DNA of 64,000 bases from Octopus bimaculoides (GCF_001194135.2 NC_068990.1:80717614-80781613), one strand, 5' to 3'. Positions 50,290-63,540 are shown, counted from the first letter of the stretch. The notes: generated by a model not told the origin, from the letters alone. Made by a program: numbers and translations.

Positions 50290-51520
50290 AGTTAGTGATC
50301 AATGAAATCAGAAAGAAAAAAGCTCTGCACATCTCAATAAAAAATCAACGCGTCAAGGCCTTTGATGAGAAACAGTTGCAGGAAGCTATAAAGTAGGAAA
50401 TTTGGAGTCAACTTGAAGAGCTCGATGTGGAATACAATTTGCTGATCCAGAAAATGAAAAGCTGTACATGGAAAGCAAAATCTGAACACCAGCAGGATCC
50501 TGATGGCAGACGTTCGGATGAGATGAAGAGAATGTCAAAGAAGCGGAAAATTATGAAGAGGAAGATGAAAGATTACCTCCAAGACTCCGATCTCTGCAAA
50601 GCGATCAGACGAGATTTAAGAAATGCCTTCGAGAGTTATACACTGAAGAAATTGATGCAGCTGCAGAGGAAAGGTAAAGGTTAAAAAGATGCAGCCTAGG
50701 GCTGGCGCTCTACAGGTCGGGGTGACAGCGTTTAATAAGAAGGATGGGCACGCAGTGATAGACAAAAGGGAGATGGAGGAAATATCCGAATCCTTCTACA
50801 CCAACCTTTTTATTTCATCAGAGAAGCTCAATCTCTTACCGTTACATATATGCAAGAAGTGCCACCTATTCTGATTAGTGAAATTGAAAATGCCCTCAGA
50901 AAAAGCTCATGGAAAAGATGGTATTACAACTGACATGATAAGATACAGAGGTGAATAGCTTTGGAAAATCCCTCTTCCTACGATTCAATCACTATTTGAA
51001 AGAATGTAAAATGCACTCACTATGGAAAGAGTCAAGTACCATCCAGCTGCATAAGAAGGGTGATAAAGGGGATTTAAATATATTGCTCCATTGTTGACAT
51101 CTCTGGAAATGCAAGGTGTTGAGGCGCAATACACCAAAACACTCAGACATGTGAACTCTGGATGCACAACAGATATAGCTCTGCTGTTACCTCCGGTAAA
51201 GTTCTCAAAGCTATTTATAGTATTCCAGATATAGACATCAAGGACATGGATTGGAGAGATGGCATAAACATCTATGACATCATAGAATACGGAAACTACA
51301 GGTTGCACTGGGCCGGACATGTCACAAGATTTACAGCCAACATTTGAACCCGTGTAGTTACGAAGTGGTACCTGAAAGAAGGGAAAAGGCCACTTTGAAG
51401 ACCTCAACGATGATGAGCAGACAATCTAGTGGAGCAGTTTGGGGAAAGATGGAAAAAAATAGCGGAATCAATACAGAAATGGAAGCACATTATGACCACC
51501 AATGTATAACAACATCTAAT
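50290..51520 (+). mobile_element. RTE-clade LINE remnant with internal deletions
   Basis: KAIRRDLR, IDKREMEEISESFYTNLF, PPILISEIENAL, GKDGITTDMIR, WKESSTIQLHKKGDKGDL, WAGHVTR and W.P.RREKA. Confidence 0.8.
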
Positions 51521-53227
51521 GGTCTGTTCAATACCATGATGCTGTGGTACTCTGATACTATGTTATGCCTGTAAAACTAATAAGTATAATAAGGATAACA
51601 CACAAAAACAATAATGCAAACTCAAGTCTTGCTAGTAATCCTGTCCGCTCCAAAATAGGCGAGATTATTACTAGCGAAAGCAGGCTTCCATAACTCTGAC
51701 TCTAACAAACCTCATTCCTGTCATCAAAATAAAGACAACAATAAATTAATATAATATTGAAAATAATAATTCCATGCAATAAGGTAATAACATATAGAAA
51801 GAAATTAACGTTCGTAACAAAAAAAAACAAAAAAAAAACAAACAAACTAATACACAAGAATTCAAATCCTATACATGTATATAACATTATTACAAAATCT
51901 AATAAGAAAACTTTAAAACAGAATGGGAGAAAAAAACAGAAGATAAATAATGACAAACTTCTTGACGACGGAGAAACAAGTTGTAACCTCAAAATACATA
52001 CATATATAAACAGCAGTTAACTTTACGAAATAATTTCCTAAATTTTAGCACGATTTCAGCATGTTCTCTTAACAGTAGCTGTTTATTACACTGCGTGGTC
52101 AATAGAAAGCAAATACCCGTTATTATATATTATATATGATTTAAATGGAAGTCCTTTAAATAAAGTAACCTAGATTTAGAAATAAAAAGAATTACGTAAT
52201 TCAATTAGAACAGCTAATTATATTTTTAATATTAAATGCCAGTTGAGCTCTGGATTCTGTGTAATCAACTTAACTCTTCTCCCGAATCTGCTCGCCATGT
52301 GCCAAAATTTAAAGCCAATTTTAAATCAACGTATATAATGAACTACGCCGAAACTCTCTACTTAATTTGAAAACTAGCATCTTGACTATATCCAGCTCAA
52401 GCGCTACATATTTTATTTGATAAGAAAAGCTTACTTAACCTAATTTTTTCCTTTGTAAGCATATTTTGAAGTCATTTCAATACACATAAATTATTCAATA
52501 ATTGTTGAGTATCCTCTTTCAGGAGACCCAAATTGTGGTACTACAATCACAATCAGAAACGTACGACTTTACGCTATAAATATGGAAGTTTTCAAATAAT
52601 TGTTAAATAACATTACCGCATTCTCCAACACCATAAAAATGATACATTTACTATTTATTCTTCATCATTGTTATATACACATTTATCTCACGAACTACGC
52701 TAATGTAAGAGTAAATATATATATATATCACTTCCTAAAACCTCAATCAATGACAAAATCTTTTAATTTAATTCATTAATCGATAACCAACTCAGAGTTC
52801 TTAGCTGAATGTTTACTTCTAAGGCAGTAGTTGCGTGTATAACTGTGGTTGTGGAAATACATATGCACTCTGGTCTTTGTGAAACGTGTATACTTGAGTA
52901 TATATGAGTATCTGTGCTGATAAAAATGTATAAACGTATATGAATGATTGTGTGTGCGTATGCGTGTGAATGTGTATCGGTATAAATTGAATTTTCGCTG
53001 ACATACCGCCCTCTCTTACTACGTCTGCTTTCTAAACCATTTATCATTATTATTTTAGAGATCTCTATGAACAATGAAAGCTTGGGTAGTTGATTTCTCA
53101 TGCTCTTAGACATAGAGATTACACAATTCTCCTTGTTTCTCTATTTCACTAATAAAATAAACTACAGGCCCTACATAAGCTGGATGGGAAAATTTCTCTC
53201 GAAGGGAGATAATTCTCGACACATATC

Positions 53228-53418
53228 TTGCTTTCAAATTTTAGCACCAGGCTAGCAATTTCTACATCGACTCCAGTGTTTAACTATTGCTTATTTTATC
53301 GACTACGAAAGGATAAAAGACAAGGTCGACCTCGGCAGAATTTGAACTCAAAATATAAAGACAGACAACATGCCGCTAAACATTGTGACCACCATGCTAA
53401 CAATTCTATCTCGCTGCC
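53228..53418 (-). mobile_element. SINE family 'A' copy
   Basis: The reverse complement contains GAGTTCAAATTCTGCCGAGGTCGACCTTGTCTTTTAT. Confidence 0.7.
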
Positions 53419-53482
53419 TTATTTCTCATTCATATATTGGTTTCAAATTTTGGTAGATGGCCAGTAATTTCAGGGAAGGCGT

Positions 53483-53636
53483 AAATCGATTACATCGAGC
53501 ACCGTGCTTAACTGGTCCTTATTTTCTTTAACCACGAAAGAGTAAAAAGCAAAGACAACCTCGACGGAATTTGAATTCAGAGCATAAAGTCGGTGAAAAG
53601 TTATTTGCCCGTTGTGATAATGCTTCTGCCAGCTCG
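53483..53636 (-). mobile_element. SINE family 'A' copy, degenerate
   Basis: Reverse complement GCGAGCTGGCAGAAGC...GAATTCAAATTCCGTCGAGGTTGTCTTTGCTTTT. Confidence 0.65.
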
Positions 53637-53686
53637 CTCTCTCATTCCCGAAACATATATTATCAATTATTATCAAGACTACATAC

Positions 53687-53791
53687 TCCAATACAAGTGT
53701 GGATGTAGGTCTTCTATCATGTCTGTGTTAGATTTTGTCTCACACCACACTTCGACCAGTGTACTTTTGCTTATATGCTCCCAACTGGCAG
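53687..53791 (-). CDS. Candidate exon: (A)ASWEHISKSTLVEVWCETKSNTDMIEDLHPHLYW
   Basis: Long polypyrimidine tract, AG at 53792-53793 (alternative at 53785-53786) and a GTATGT donor. One frame is open, and the 105-nt form is symmetric (phase 1-1). No homology recognised. Confidence 0.3.
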
Positions 53792-53847
53792 CTCCACAAA
53801 GAGAAAGCACAAAGATGCAAAGAAAGCATACTTTAATATGACAGTTA

Positions 53848-53975
53848 TCCGCCGAGGTCAACTTTGCTTTTCATCATTTCGGGGTCCATAAATTATATTC
53901 CAGTTGCGTACTGGAGTCGGTCTAATCTACTGGCCCCCTCCCCCAAAATTTCGGGCCTTGTGCCTAGAGTAGAAT
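53848..53975 (+). mobile_element. 5'-truncated SINE family 'A' copy with an alternative tail
   Basis: CCGCCGAGGTCAACTTTGCTTTTCATC...AAAATTTCGGGCCTTGTGCCTAGAGTAGAA. Confidence 0.75.
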
Positions 53976-54129
53976 ATAATATGACATTTAAAAGGGATTG
54001 ATTAGAATGATTAGACACTCCAAGGTGTTGTCACAGTATTATCACAGGCCAATGACAGAAAATGGATATTTCAAATCAACCACACCACATAACTCTTGGT
54101 AATACATCTAAAAGTGAATTAGATAAATG

Positions 54130-54330
54130 TGCAGACATGCGGTGTGAATCAATTCTTTCTACTTTTTGGCATAAGACTAACAATTATGAAGGGAGGAATA
54201 GGTTGATTACATCGATTCCGGTGTTCGACTTGTACGTATTTTATCGGGACCCCAACAGACGAAGGACAAAGTGGGCCGACGAGCTAAGGATTGTGCGAGG
54301 TTGTCACTGTATTGAGGAATTTTGAATCAG
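54130..54330 (+). mobile_element. RTE-like LINE 3' coding fragment
   Basis: RDPNRRRTKWADELRIV resembles the RTE C-terminal GRP..RW.DEL motif. Confidence 0.45.
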
Positions 54331-54874
54331 GGACAATTGCTAGACCAAATTTAAAAGACTGAAAATATTGTTAGTACAATTCACAGGGTATTTTTGTCTC
54401 GGTTCGCGACGGGGAGTACAATTCAAATTGATCAGAATCGCTTTCAATGTTGCCATAACAATCAATCAAACCGAATGTTTAACAGAATAATTTCACAACT
54501 GAAAATAGTTACGAACACATTTTACATTTTTCCTGTCTGAGTGTATCTGTTCATATAAAAGAAAATAACATAATGTTTTGTCGTATTAAATATATGAAAT
54601 CCGTTATGTACAATATCTTTTTCATATAGTCCACAAATTCATAGACGAAAATGCGGTCATGAAATGATGTATGACTAAACAATAACAAATATACATAAAA
54701 GCACACATTCAAGTACACCTATTACACATATCCATTTTTACAAAATTACATACATGTGTATGCATACATACACGCACACTTTTATATGTATGTGTGTATG
54801 TATATGTATATANNNNNNNNNNNNNNNNNNNNNNNNNNNNNNNNNNNNNNNNNNNNNNNNNNNNNNNNNNNNNN

Positions 54875-54910
<36 letters not shown>

Positions 54911-55280
54911 GAGAGACTCTGTTTGTGTGTGCCTCAGTCTTGTAAAGTATGATATACGATCAGACTATCAAACTAAAACATCGTGAATCAATACCGGAGC
55001 GGATTCCATGACATACATCCATTACAGTCGGAAATACTCTAAATACAGCTAAATGACTAGACAAAACTATGCGCATTGATGCATTGATTCAAAATACCCA
55101 GAAATGAAAGTAAGCAAAAGCCACATATATGATCAACTAGTACTTCATTTTTTTTCTATACGGTGACACGAGGACCAAGAACAATGACACAGTCTTTTAC
55201 ATTTATTGATGCAATTAGTAATAATAATGTATGAGTTGCACATACACACGAATACATTCACACATTATATAAATGGCTGA

Positions 55281-55313
<33 letters not shown>

Positions 55314-55407
55314 GTCTGTATGTATAAGCATCTGTTTCACTAAAAATAGAAGACAAAATACTTCTAAGGTACAGAAGAAGCACTAAATTAATGCCGACAT
55401 GAGAGAA

Positions 55408-55620
55408 GGTGGCGAGCTAGCAGAGTTGCTTAGTGGGCCACATGCTTAGCGGTATTTCGTCTGTCTTTACGTTCTGAGTTCAAATTCCCCCCGAGGTCAA
55501 CTTTGCCTTTCATCATTTCGCGGCCGATAAATTAAGTACCAGTTACGCACTGGGGTCAATGTAATCGACTGGCCACTCCCCCAAAATTTCGGGCCTTGTG
55601 CCAAGAGTAGAAAAGAATAC
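55408..55620 (+). mobile_element. Full SINE family 'A' copy with an alternative tail
   Basis: GGTGGCGAGCTAGCAGAG...GTTCTGAGTTCAAATTCC...AAAATTTCGGGCCTTGTGCCAAGAGTAGAAAAGAATA. Confidence 0.8.
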
Positions 55621-56278
55621 AGGCGTGATAGGAAAAATGTATTATTATTTTTAGGAATAACATCGTTCTATTATATTTATAAATAATTTCCCATGGTTCA
55701 TTTGTTCCAATGGTGTTCGGCCACTCAAACGAATTTACAACCATGGTAGTAGTGAGTTCTAGTAGCTGTCTCTTGCAGATTTGACTGCAGAGAATCACGT
55801 GACTTTGGCGCTAAATTCGAAATCATTGTATCAAATTAATTGATATTCCTCCTGCATCATTTGCAGAGGTAAGACGTGTGCGCGCACGTGTGTGTATGTG
55901 TGTATGTATGTATTTGTGTACTTATACTTTCCAACATATGTGCGGAGGAATATTTCTAATGCAAATTACAATGAAATAGATATAAAATGTAGTTGTATTT
56001 TTTTCCTGAAATACTGAGAACAAGATATTTTAAGCAGAAGTAATAATTTTTGGAAACCATGAATTGGAAATAAAGATCAGCTAACATTCAAATCTCAAAT
56101 ATTTTATCGGTGATTTAAAACATTTTTTTTATGTTCCAGATATAAGGACATTTTTACATGAAATATTTTTGTACAACTAAAAATATATCTAATTTTTAGA
56201 GGAATTTCTCTTCGAAAAATTATTTATCTTTTTTAATTTTAAAAGTCATTCATTTAAATTTTGTTGATATTTTTTCAG

Positions 56279-56370
56279 ACAATTCACTTAAAAGTTTCAA
56301 GAGGAAAATACTAATAAGCAAAAGAAACAGGCAGGCTGTAAAAGAGATTAAGAAGGCACGTTATGCCTGA
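56279..56370 (+). CDS. Candidate terminal exon (phase 1): NSLKSFKRKILISKRNRQAVKEIKKARYA*
   Basis: Very strong T-rich acceptor (TTGTTGATATTTTTTCAG). Only one frame is open. The peptide is basic and was not recognised. Confidence 0.25.
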
Positions 56371-59300
56371 AAGGTTGATTAGTCAACTTTTTAATTATGA
56401 TATTGTTTCTGATATCAAGAAAACTTCAAAAGTGCTCTCACTCTTCAATGGGTGCAATATAACAAACGATGTTGTATACAGCACATCAGCATTTATTTTG
56501 TATCATCAATACATCTTACAGATGCCCAAGAAGGATTATATGTGTGCAGAGGTGTTTAAGTGTAATTCTCAGAAAAAAGATGAAAGGTTTATTAAAACAA
56601 ATTAATTAGCGGCTAGTCCCATAACTTTTAAGCATTTCCTTCATTGAAAGGAAGGCTATTTCATAGAAAACAAAGAGAATTGATTCAATTGACCTTAAAA
56701 TATTACTGATATTCGAAACAAACATTAAACGGCTATTCATATGGGGTCTGACAGTTGTCGACATACTTAAAGCTATTAATTCATTTCGATTAGAAGCAAT
56801 GTAGGAGATGTACAGAAAGTTAATGAAGATATTATGAGCTTTTCGTCAGAGTATAATCAAAATAACTGGTGTGAAATATATTTGTTTGTGTGTAGTTACT
56901 CTCAGTCACCAATGTGTACTAGAAATGATCGGAGTAATTATTCTCTTCACCAATGTCTCAGCATAAATAATAATATTTAGGTTATTCACTACACAAGACG
57001 TAGATTTTATATCTCAATATTACGAGAATGCAGTATTCCTGGAATTATGCTACCGTTCCCGATAGGCTATAAATTCAAAACCTAAACTGATTTAATTCAG
57101 ATCGCAATGAATGTTTCTTTTTCTTTTTTTTTTCTTTTTTTTCTTCTTTTCTTTTTTTTAATCCTATAAATAGTGTTATCTTCAACAATATTTTACACGG
57201 ATTTCTGATTTAATCTTCTTTCCAACACAGGGAAGCAGTACATACAATATATTACAATATTATTAACGGTTCTTCTATTGATCACAACGAATGAAAGATA
57301 ATATTAAAATTCATAGGTAAAGATGTAACGTATTTAGTTTGCACACTGCTCTTTAAACATTCTCCACATTATTTTAAACATTTATGATTCTTACATTTGC
57401 AGAATTCGCAAGTATTTATATGTTGTGAAACTGATTCAAATGATTTTAAAATTTAGGAAAGAAAAGCGTTTTCACTAACAAACGAATAAGACACAAAGGG
57501 TAAATGCTGGTGCTTCAGCATATTGCAGCATACATGCATACATGCATACATGCATTACAAATAATTATACTGGTTTCTATAATAGGCACTAACCCATGAG
57601 TCTCGAAACTGTTGGAGTCGTATAAAAGGCCATGCAGATGGACTACGCCTCATATTATTGAAGACGGAAAGGGAAATATATTGATCCTGACATGCTTTGA
57701 TATTAGAGCATTAAAGGATTAAGTGAATATCAGATCTAGCTTCCCTTCTGTTCCTTATGCTATACCATTTCGCTTCTTATGTTTGTTTATCGATTCCTTA
57801 CTTTATAATTAGACATTATGTTTCGGTGTGAAGGTTTAGTCAGTATCAACCTTCTCAGTACTTCGACTGTCGCTTTATCTCTTAGTGTTTATCTACTGAG
57901 TTTAATGAGTTGAATACGATTTTGCATTAGCATCATGTCACACAATACAGGGGTAAACGTACGGCAAATCGAATCAACTTCTTTTATATTAATGGTAATT
58001 ATTTAATTAGTCTCAGATTACTTGAAGAATGTGTTAACATTTTGATGGAACCTAGAAAGAAAAGAATTTTGTGATTGGCACTTTAGTAGCTTATCTATAG
58101 GAATATCGTCATAAATATTATCTCCTCTCTGGCATGACCCTTTCAAGAAACACAATTCGGAACACGACGTCCGATTTATAATTTACAAGATATTTTTATT
58201 GCTACTACTCATAAATTCAAGCCAAAAATTAGAACATTTCTATATAACACCAATTATACTACTCATAAATTCAAACCAACTTCTAAAACTCATATGTATA
58301 TAAAACCAGTTCCTCATAATTGCATATCTAGTGTTATTTATTTATCGCTATGACGATATTATAGCTTTCGGTTGAAGCAACAGTTATTGAGCATAATTGT
58401 ATTTCAAACAGAAGAAAATATAAAACCAAGGAACTATATCTATTCTGACAGAACATTAGAAATCCGTTTACCGTTCTTTTCAAAGTTTATATATAACACT
58501 TTTCCTGTTTTGTGAATATTAGTCTAGTCATGCTTCGTTTAAATAGCAACGTACTTGTACAACATTTTAAATAAGACCATCATGTTTCATTTTAAGCTTA
58601 CTTGCAATCGAAATAACTCTTGAAATTAATATGTTGGTTAAGCTAACTAATTTAACGACAATAAATCTGATAAAATCTCTCTCACATTTGATTCATTACT
58701 GAACAAGATGTTACCAAAGCAACTTTAGTTAAAGTTATATGAATAGGTTTGCTACAAGGAGAGGTGGATTTAGTTCTAAGCTGATATACATAAGAGATAA
58801 GTTTGTATTCTTTAAATTTAATTTTATCAGTTTATTCTTATTTTTGTTCATATGTTCTGAATTCATTTGTACGTTTACGAAAATACATATGTGTGTGTGC
58901 CTGTGTCTGTGTATGTGTACGCGCGCGTCTGTGTGTATTAGTCAAGAAACTAAGCATTTCCCAAGACCATTTCTAGCACGTTCAAGACAGATGAAGTAGA
59001 GGGAAGATGTTTTCAAAGTAAAGCACTGGCTCGAATGTTTGCATCTGACTAGAGTCACTTAAAGACATGGAAGGTACACGGTGACGGTGCGATGGTGTTA
59101 GACGGTGTACAAATTAAGTATACCCCACACGTATACCCTGGATTTGGTTTCAGAATGCAAAGAACCGTATCAAACACAGCACAATGTCTTGTCCAACATT
59201 CTTACAGTTCCGAAAATGGATTGATACCTTATATTGAGTTTTATAATTGATGACGAAAATGTGAAGCACATTCAAACTCAGAGGGAGTTGCACTTTAACT

Positions 59301-60169
59301 ACAATGCAAAAGACGAAAGTAATCCAGTGAAGCATTCTATTCTATGTTCTAATGATTCTACGAACTCAATACTTAAAGTGATTTAAATTCTTTAAAATTA
59401 TGAAATAGATGACGTATGATATGTTAATAAATAGTAAACCCGAAGACAATGGAACAGTTGTGCGAATGATATACAATCCTATTTCTTAGCTTGCAAACTT
59501 GATCAATATTTCTTACATTAATATACGCTCAACAGAAAATTGTAAGATTATAATTACTTAGTTTTCAATATATTAATGTGTAACAACTAGAAATATATCG
59601 ATCGCTAACACATGAATAGATATCAGAGTTAGGCAGCCTTACGTATCACTAGATAATTTCCAGTTGATTGGATCGTAAAGTAGAGTGATACGATATTGAC
59701 TACGATGAGATATGAAATCATGAACTGTGAACCGCATAGTCTTCAAATTATATATACACTATTTAAAATATTGTGCGTTTCCAATCCCTATTTAGATATT
59801 CTCCAACGATAGTAACACACATCCATGCACATACAAATACGTACACATAAATGCCCATTCTTTTGTACGTATATATACATCTCCTTTTGTATCACTTAGC
59901 CTCTCACTGTGTTACACACACAAATACACACAAACACACACACATACGAATTTATGTATGTAGTACAGAAGGGAACAGCTGCAGTTTTCTACGTTTCTGT
60001 GTTATCTTCGGCACGACCGTGTCGAAGTGCTGCCAAGATAGTTATAATCTTCATCGATTATTAATTGCTCAAACTTTTCGGTCCACAGATTCCCTGATGA
60101 TTCACCACGTCTGTGTTAACATATCACATGTGCAGTAATGAAATACTTCCATTTTTGTAGCTTGAAGCT

Positions 60170-61430
60170 CATTGGAAATGTATTATAATAGATGGGAGGA
60201 ATTGTGACTCTCTACTCCCCTACATGTATGTGTTACTATTGAAGTGTCCTATATTGGAATATATTGTCTTCATTGATCACAATACGTCAAGGTAGTTTCG
60301 TTGCTGCGGAGTGTGGAGTATCTAACGTTGTAGAGAATGTCTTTCTTCGGGTTTTAAATTGCAAGAAATAGGAAAGGGAAACCAGCAGAGTTTTACATTT
60401 TTTATGTCTAAGGAAATGGCGGTATCTGATGGGGAACAGAAAACAACTTGCATACTTAGACATGAAATAGTAGGAAGGAAAACGAGCTGAGTGATGGGTA
60501 CAGAAAGAGAATTGAAAAGCAGAAGATAATAGGGTGAGTGTAAGGGAGATACGGGATAAGAAAAGGATTACTTAACTAACAGGAAATGGAAGAAAGAAGG
60601 AGAAAAAAAGCATTGATCGAAACACGCCATTGACGTTGTTCCAACCTTGAATATGAAACGTTGTTCCATCTTTTTCAACGTGCAGATCTATTGTGTACAG
60701 AAAAAACACTCACTGACAAATGGTTAATGGAACGACCATTATCTAGAAGTGGGTTACTGTAAGTTGGTTTAACATTCAAAGTAGTTTTCTTTACGCTTAC
60801 ATATGAATTAAGCAAGGTAACGGCTTTTTCCCAGTGTAAAGTGCAAAGTTTGCAGAAAACACAATATGACATTAGAAAGTGTGCAACAGAAATTATGGAT
60901 AACGTGATACTGCAACATAGGACTGGTGATGGTTGTATTGTTGTATTGTACTTAATAGACAAAGGCTGCATCTTTGGCGAACGTATTTAAAAATATCTCT
61001 TAGTGTAATGGCTGGGCCGGACGAAACATCTCACTTGGAGCTTGCTGAGGTTCTTATCTTCCTTGAGGGCGAAAAGACGCGGTGTCGGTTTTGTGTATTT
61101 TTAGAGGGAGGAGAGACAAGTGCAAAGTGAAAGTAAGTATAAACTGGTTCGTAGATGTAAGTAAAAAGGGTAGGAGTACGGTGATGTGCTCGATGGTCTA
61201 GGTCCGTTGTAGTGCAGGGTCCACACCTAATTGAACTTACTTTCAACACAAGAAAAAATGTATTCTTCCTCATTAGGTTTCGAAATTCGAAACAATGCTG
61301 TAGACTTGGGGAAGTACTAAAAGAATGGGGTGGCAGAATTAGGGAATGGTGTGACAGATGAGTAGAAATACGAGTCGGAGTCAGAGTTTTTCTACTGGAA
61401 CAGAAGTAGGCAAATTGATATGGTGGATAG
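60170..61430 (-). mobile_element. Probable degenerate CR1/Jockey-like LINE (endonuclease/linker region)
   Basis: Purine-rich plus strand typical of antisense LINE debris. Only faint motif traces. Confidence 0.25.
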
Positions 61431-61541
61431 CGATAGAAATAAAAAGAAAAAAAAGCAGAAGTGCCAGATACGTGTAATATACTACTTATACATATGTATA
61501 TAAAACAATAATTGCTAAAATATATTATACAAATTCTAAAG

Positions 61542-61806
61542 GAGAGATCGAATATAGTGATGCCGCAAACACAAAATTTTGTGAAAGTAATTTATTTATA
61601 TGTATAAACTGCAATATAATGCTTCGAAGAACTGGTAGACTGACGTACAATACGATTTCTGGTGTTTGGTATATTCTATTTTGTTTAAATTTCCAAGTAT
61701 CATGTTGATTATTTTTGCTTTTTATCCAGGCAGGATCAATAAAATCTTTATTAATCGCGCATGCAGAGAAATTGAACTCCGTCAAGATCTCAATTGTGTT
61801 GCTTAA
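61542..61806 (+). CDS. Candidate two-exon 3' end (61542-61586 + 61730-61806): (G)EIEYSDAANTKFCESRINKIFINRACREIELRQDLNCVA*
   Basis: Phase-consistent GT-AG intron of 143 nt. The second acceptor ATTTTTGCTTTTTATCCAG is strong but the first is weak. A competing 101-aa ORF lies on the opposite strand. Confidence 0.25.
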
Positions 61807-61867
61807 ATGCATATATTCATAAACGAACATAGTTGCACACCAATATATGTGTGCTTGTGTTTGTATA

Positions 61868-61907
<40 letters not shown>

Positions 61908-62282
61908 ATCTTCGAATGTGTATACATAATATACTATTTAATACAGCTATCTATTAGCACCCAACACCGTATGTATATATGAAAAATACTGCAACGTTTG
62001 AGTTGTCGAGAAGATTGAAATATGTGTGTGTGTGTATGTGTGTGTGTGTGTATGTGTGTGTGTGTGCGTGCGTGTGTGTGTGTACGTAAATATGTTGTCG
62101 TTTGTTCCTTCTCGAGCCACGCCTTGGCTATAAGGGCCGGTTTCCTAGTTTCATTAGCGTATAGGTTCCTCATATATATATATGTATATATGCATGTATG
62201 TACATATATATGTATGCATATATATATTATATGTGTATATATATATGTGTGTGTGTATAAACTTCAATATTGTGCTTCTATT

Positions 62283-62329
<47 letters not shown>

Positions 62330-62739
62330 TGGCTCAGAATAATATTAATGAGCAGAAGAAAAATTACTCAGTACTAAATTGAATATAATTATTTATATCA
62401 CTTGGCCAATTGAAAATCCTGAAACACTTTGAACAGGAAGGAATAACCGAATGAGAGTGTTTATGTTTGTGTGCGTGTGTGTATGTGTGTGTGTTGGTGG
62501 AGAAGCATTGTGGGGGGAGCGTGTGTATGTGTGTGGAGGGGTGTATTTGGGCATGTGTATTTTTCGCTTGGTTCTAAACGTTGCAGAGTTTGTCTCCGTT
62601 TGCACATACACGAATCTATATATATATATGCACATGTGTATTGCGAGAGTATATTTGTGTGTGTATGAATATGCATATGTTTGTGTCTGTAGAAATATCT
62701 ATGTGTTTGCGAGTGAATTCTGAAAGAAAGGGACACTTA

Positions 62740-63000
62740 GAAAAATTAATCCATCAGCCGTTATTGACATGGAATCTGGAATGCTGTTATCTTTGGTGAA
62801 AAATTTCGGCAATGAATCTTGAAAGCTATATTCTCAAGAGATTATTGATCGCTACAAGTATCTTGTGATTTACACTCCTTCATCCTATTTCAAAATTTGT
62901 TGCTATTTCCTACTGAAGGCAAAGCAACAATCTTGGTACGATAAACACGCTTCACTGAACTGGCCATCAAAGCGAGCCATACATCTATTGAACTGGACTT
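62740..63000 (-). mobile_element. Possible LINE RT fragment
   Basis: Minus-strand traces YR...ALPSVG (similar to YRPI.L.S..GK) and EYSFQ (similar to QYGFR). Confidence 0.25.
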
Positions 63001-63505
63001 TGATATATATATATATANNNNNNNNNNNNNNNNNNNNNNNNNNNNNNNNNNNNNNNNNNNNNNNNNNNNNNNNNNNNNNNNNNNNNNNNNNNNNNNNNNN
63101 NNNNNNNNNNNNNNNNNNNNNNNNNNNNNNNNNNNNNNNNNNNNNNNNNNNNNNNNNNNNNNNNNNNNNNNNNNNNNNNNNNNNNNNNNNNNNNNNNNNN
63201 NNNNNNNNNNNNNNNNNNNNNNNNNNNNNNNNNNNNNNNNNNNNNNNNNNNNNNNNNNNNNNNNNNNNNNNNNNNNNNNNNNNNNNNNNNNNNNNNNNNN
63301 NNNNNNNNNNNNNNNNNNNNNNNNNNNNNNNNNNNNNNNNNNNNNNNNNNNNNNNNNNNNNNNNNNNNNNNNNNNNNNNNNNNNNNNNNNNNNNNNNNNN
63401 NNNNNNNNNNNNNNNNNNNNNNNNNNNNNNNNNNNNNNNNNNNNNNNNNNNNNNNNNNNNATACATATATATATATATGTATATATATGGATGTGTATAT
63501 ATATG

Positions 63506-63540
<35 letters not shown>

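Noticed and set aside
57594-57648. Minus-strand 55-nt 'exon' reading GVVHLHGLLYDSNSFETH, resembling the SIR2-like HLHG motif
   Set aside because: The acceptor is purine-rich, two frames are open, and no neighbouring exons with other SIR2-like motifs were found.
58013-58180. 55-codon minus-strand frame (SCSELCFLKGSCQRGDNIYDDIPIDKLLKC...) with AG/GT sites
   Set aside because: Could be PAN-like by eye, but the cysteine pattern is incomplete, acceptors compete, and no phase-linked neighbours were found.
62903-63000. EACLSYQDCCFAF resembling a somatomedin-B cysteine pattern
   Set aside because: Key cysteines are missing, the frame ends in a stop, and another frame looks more like LINE RT debris.
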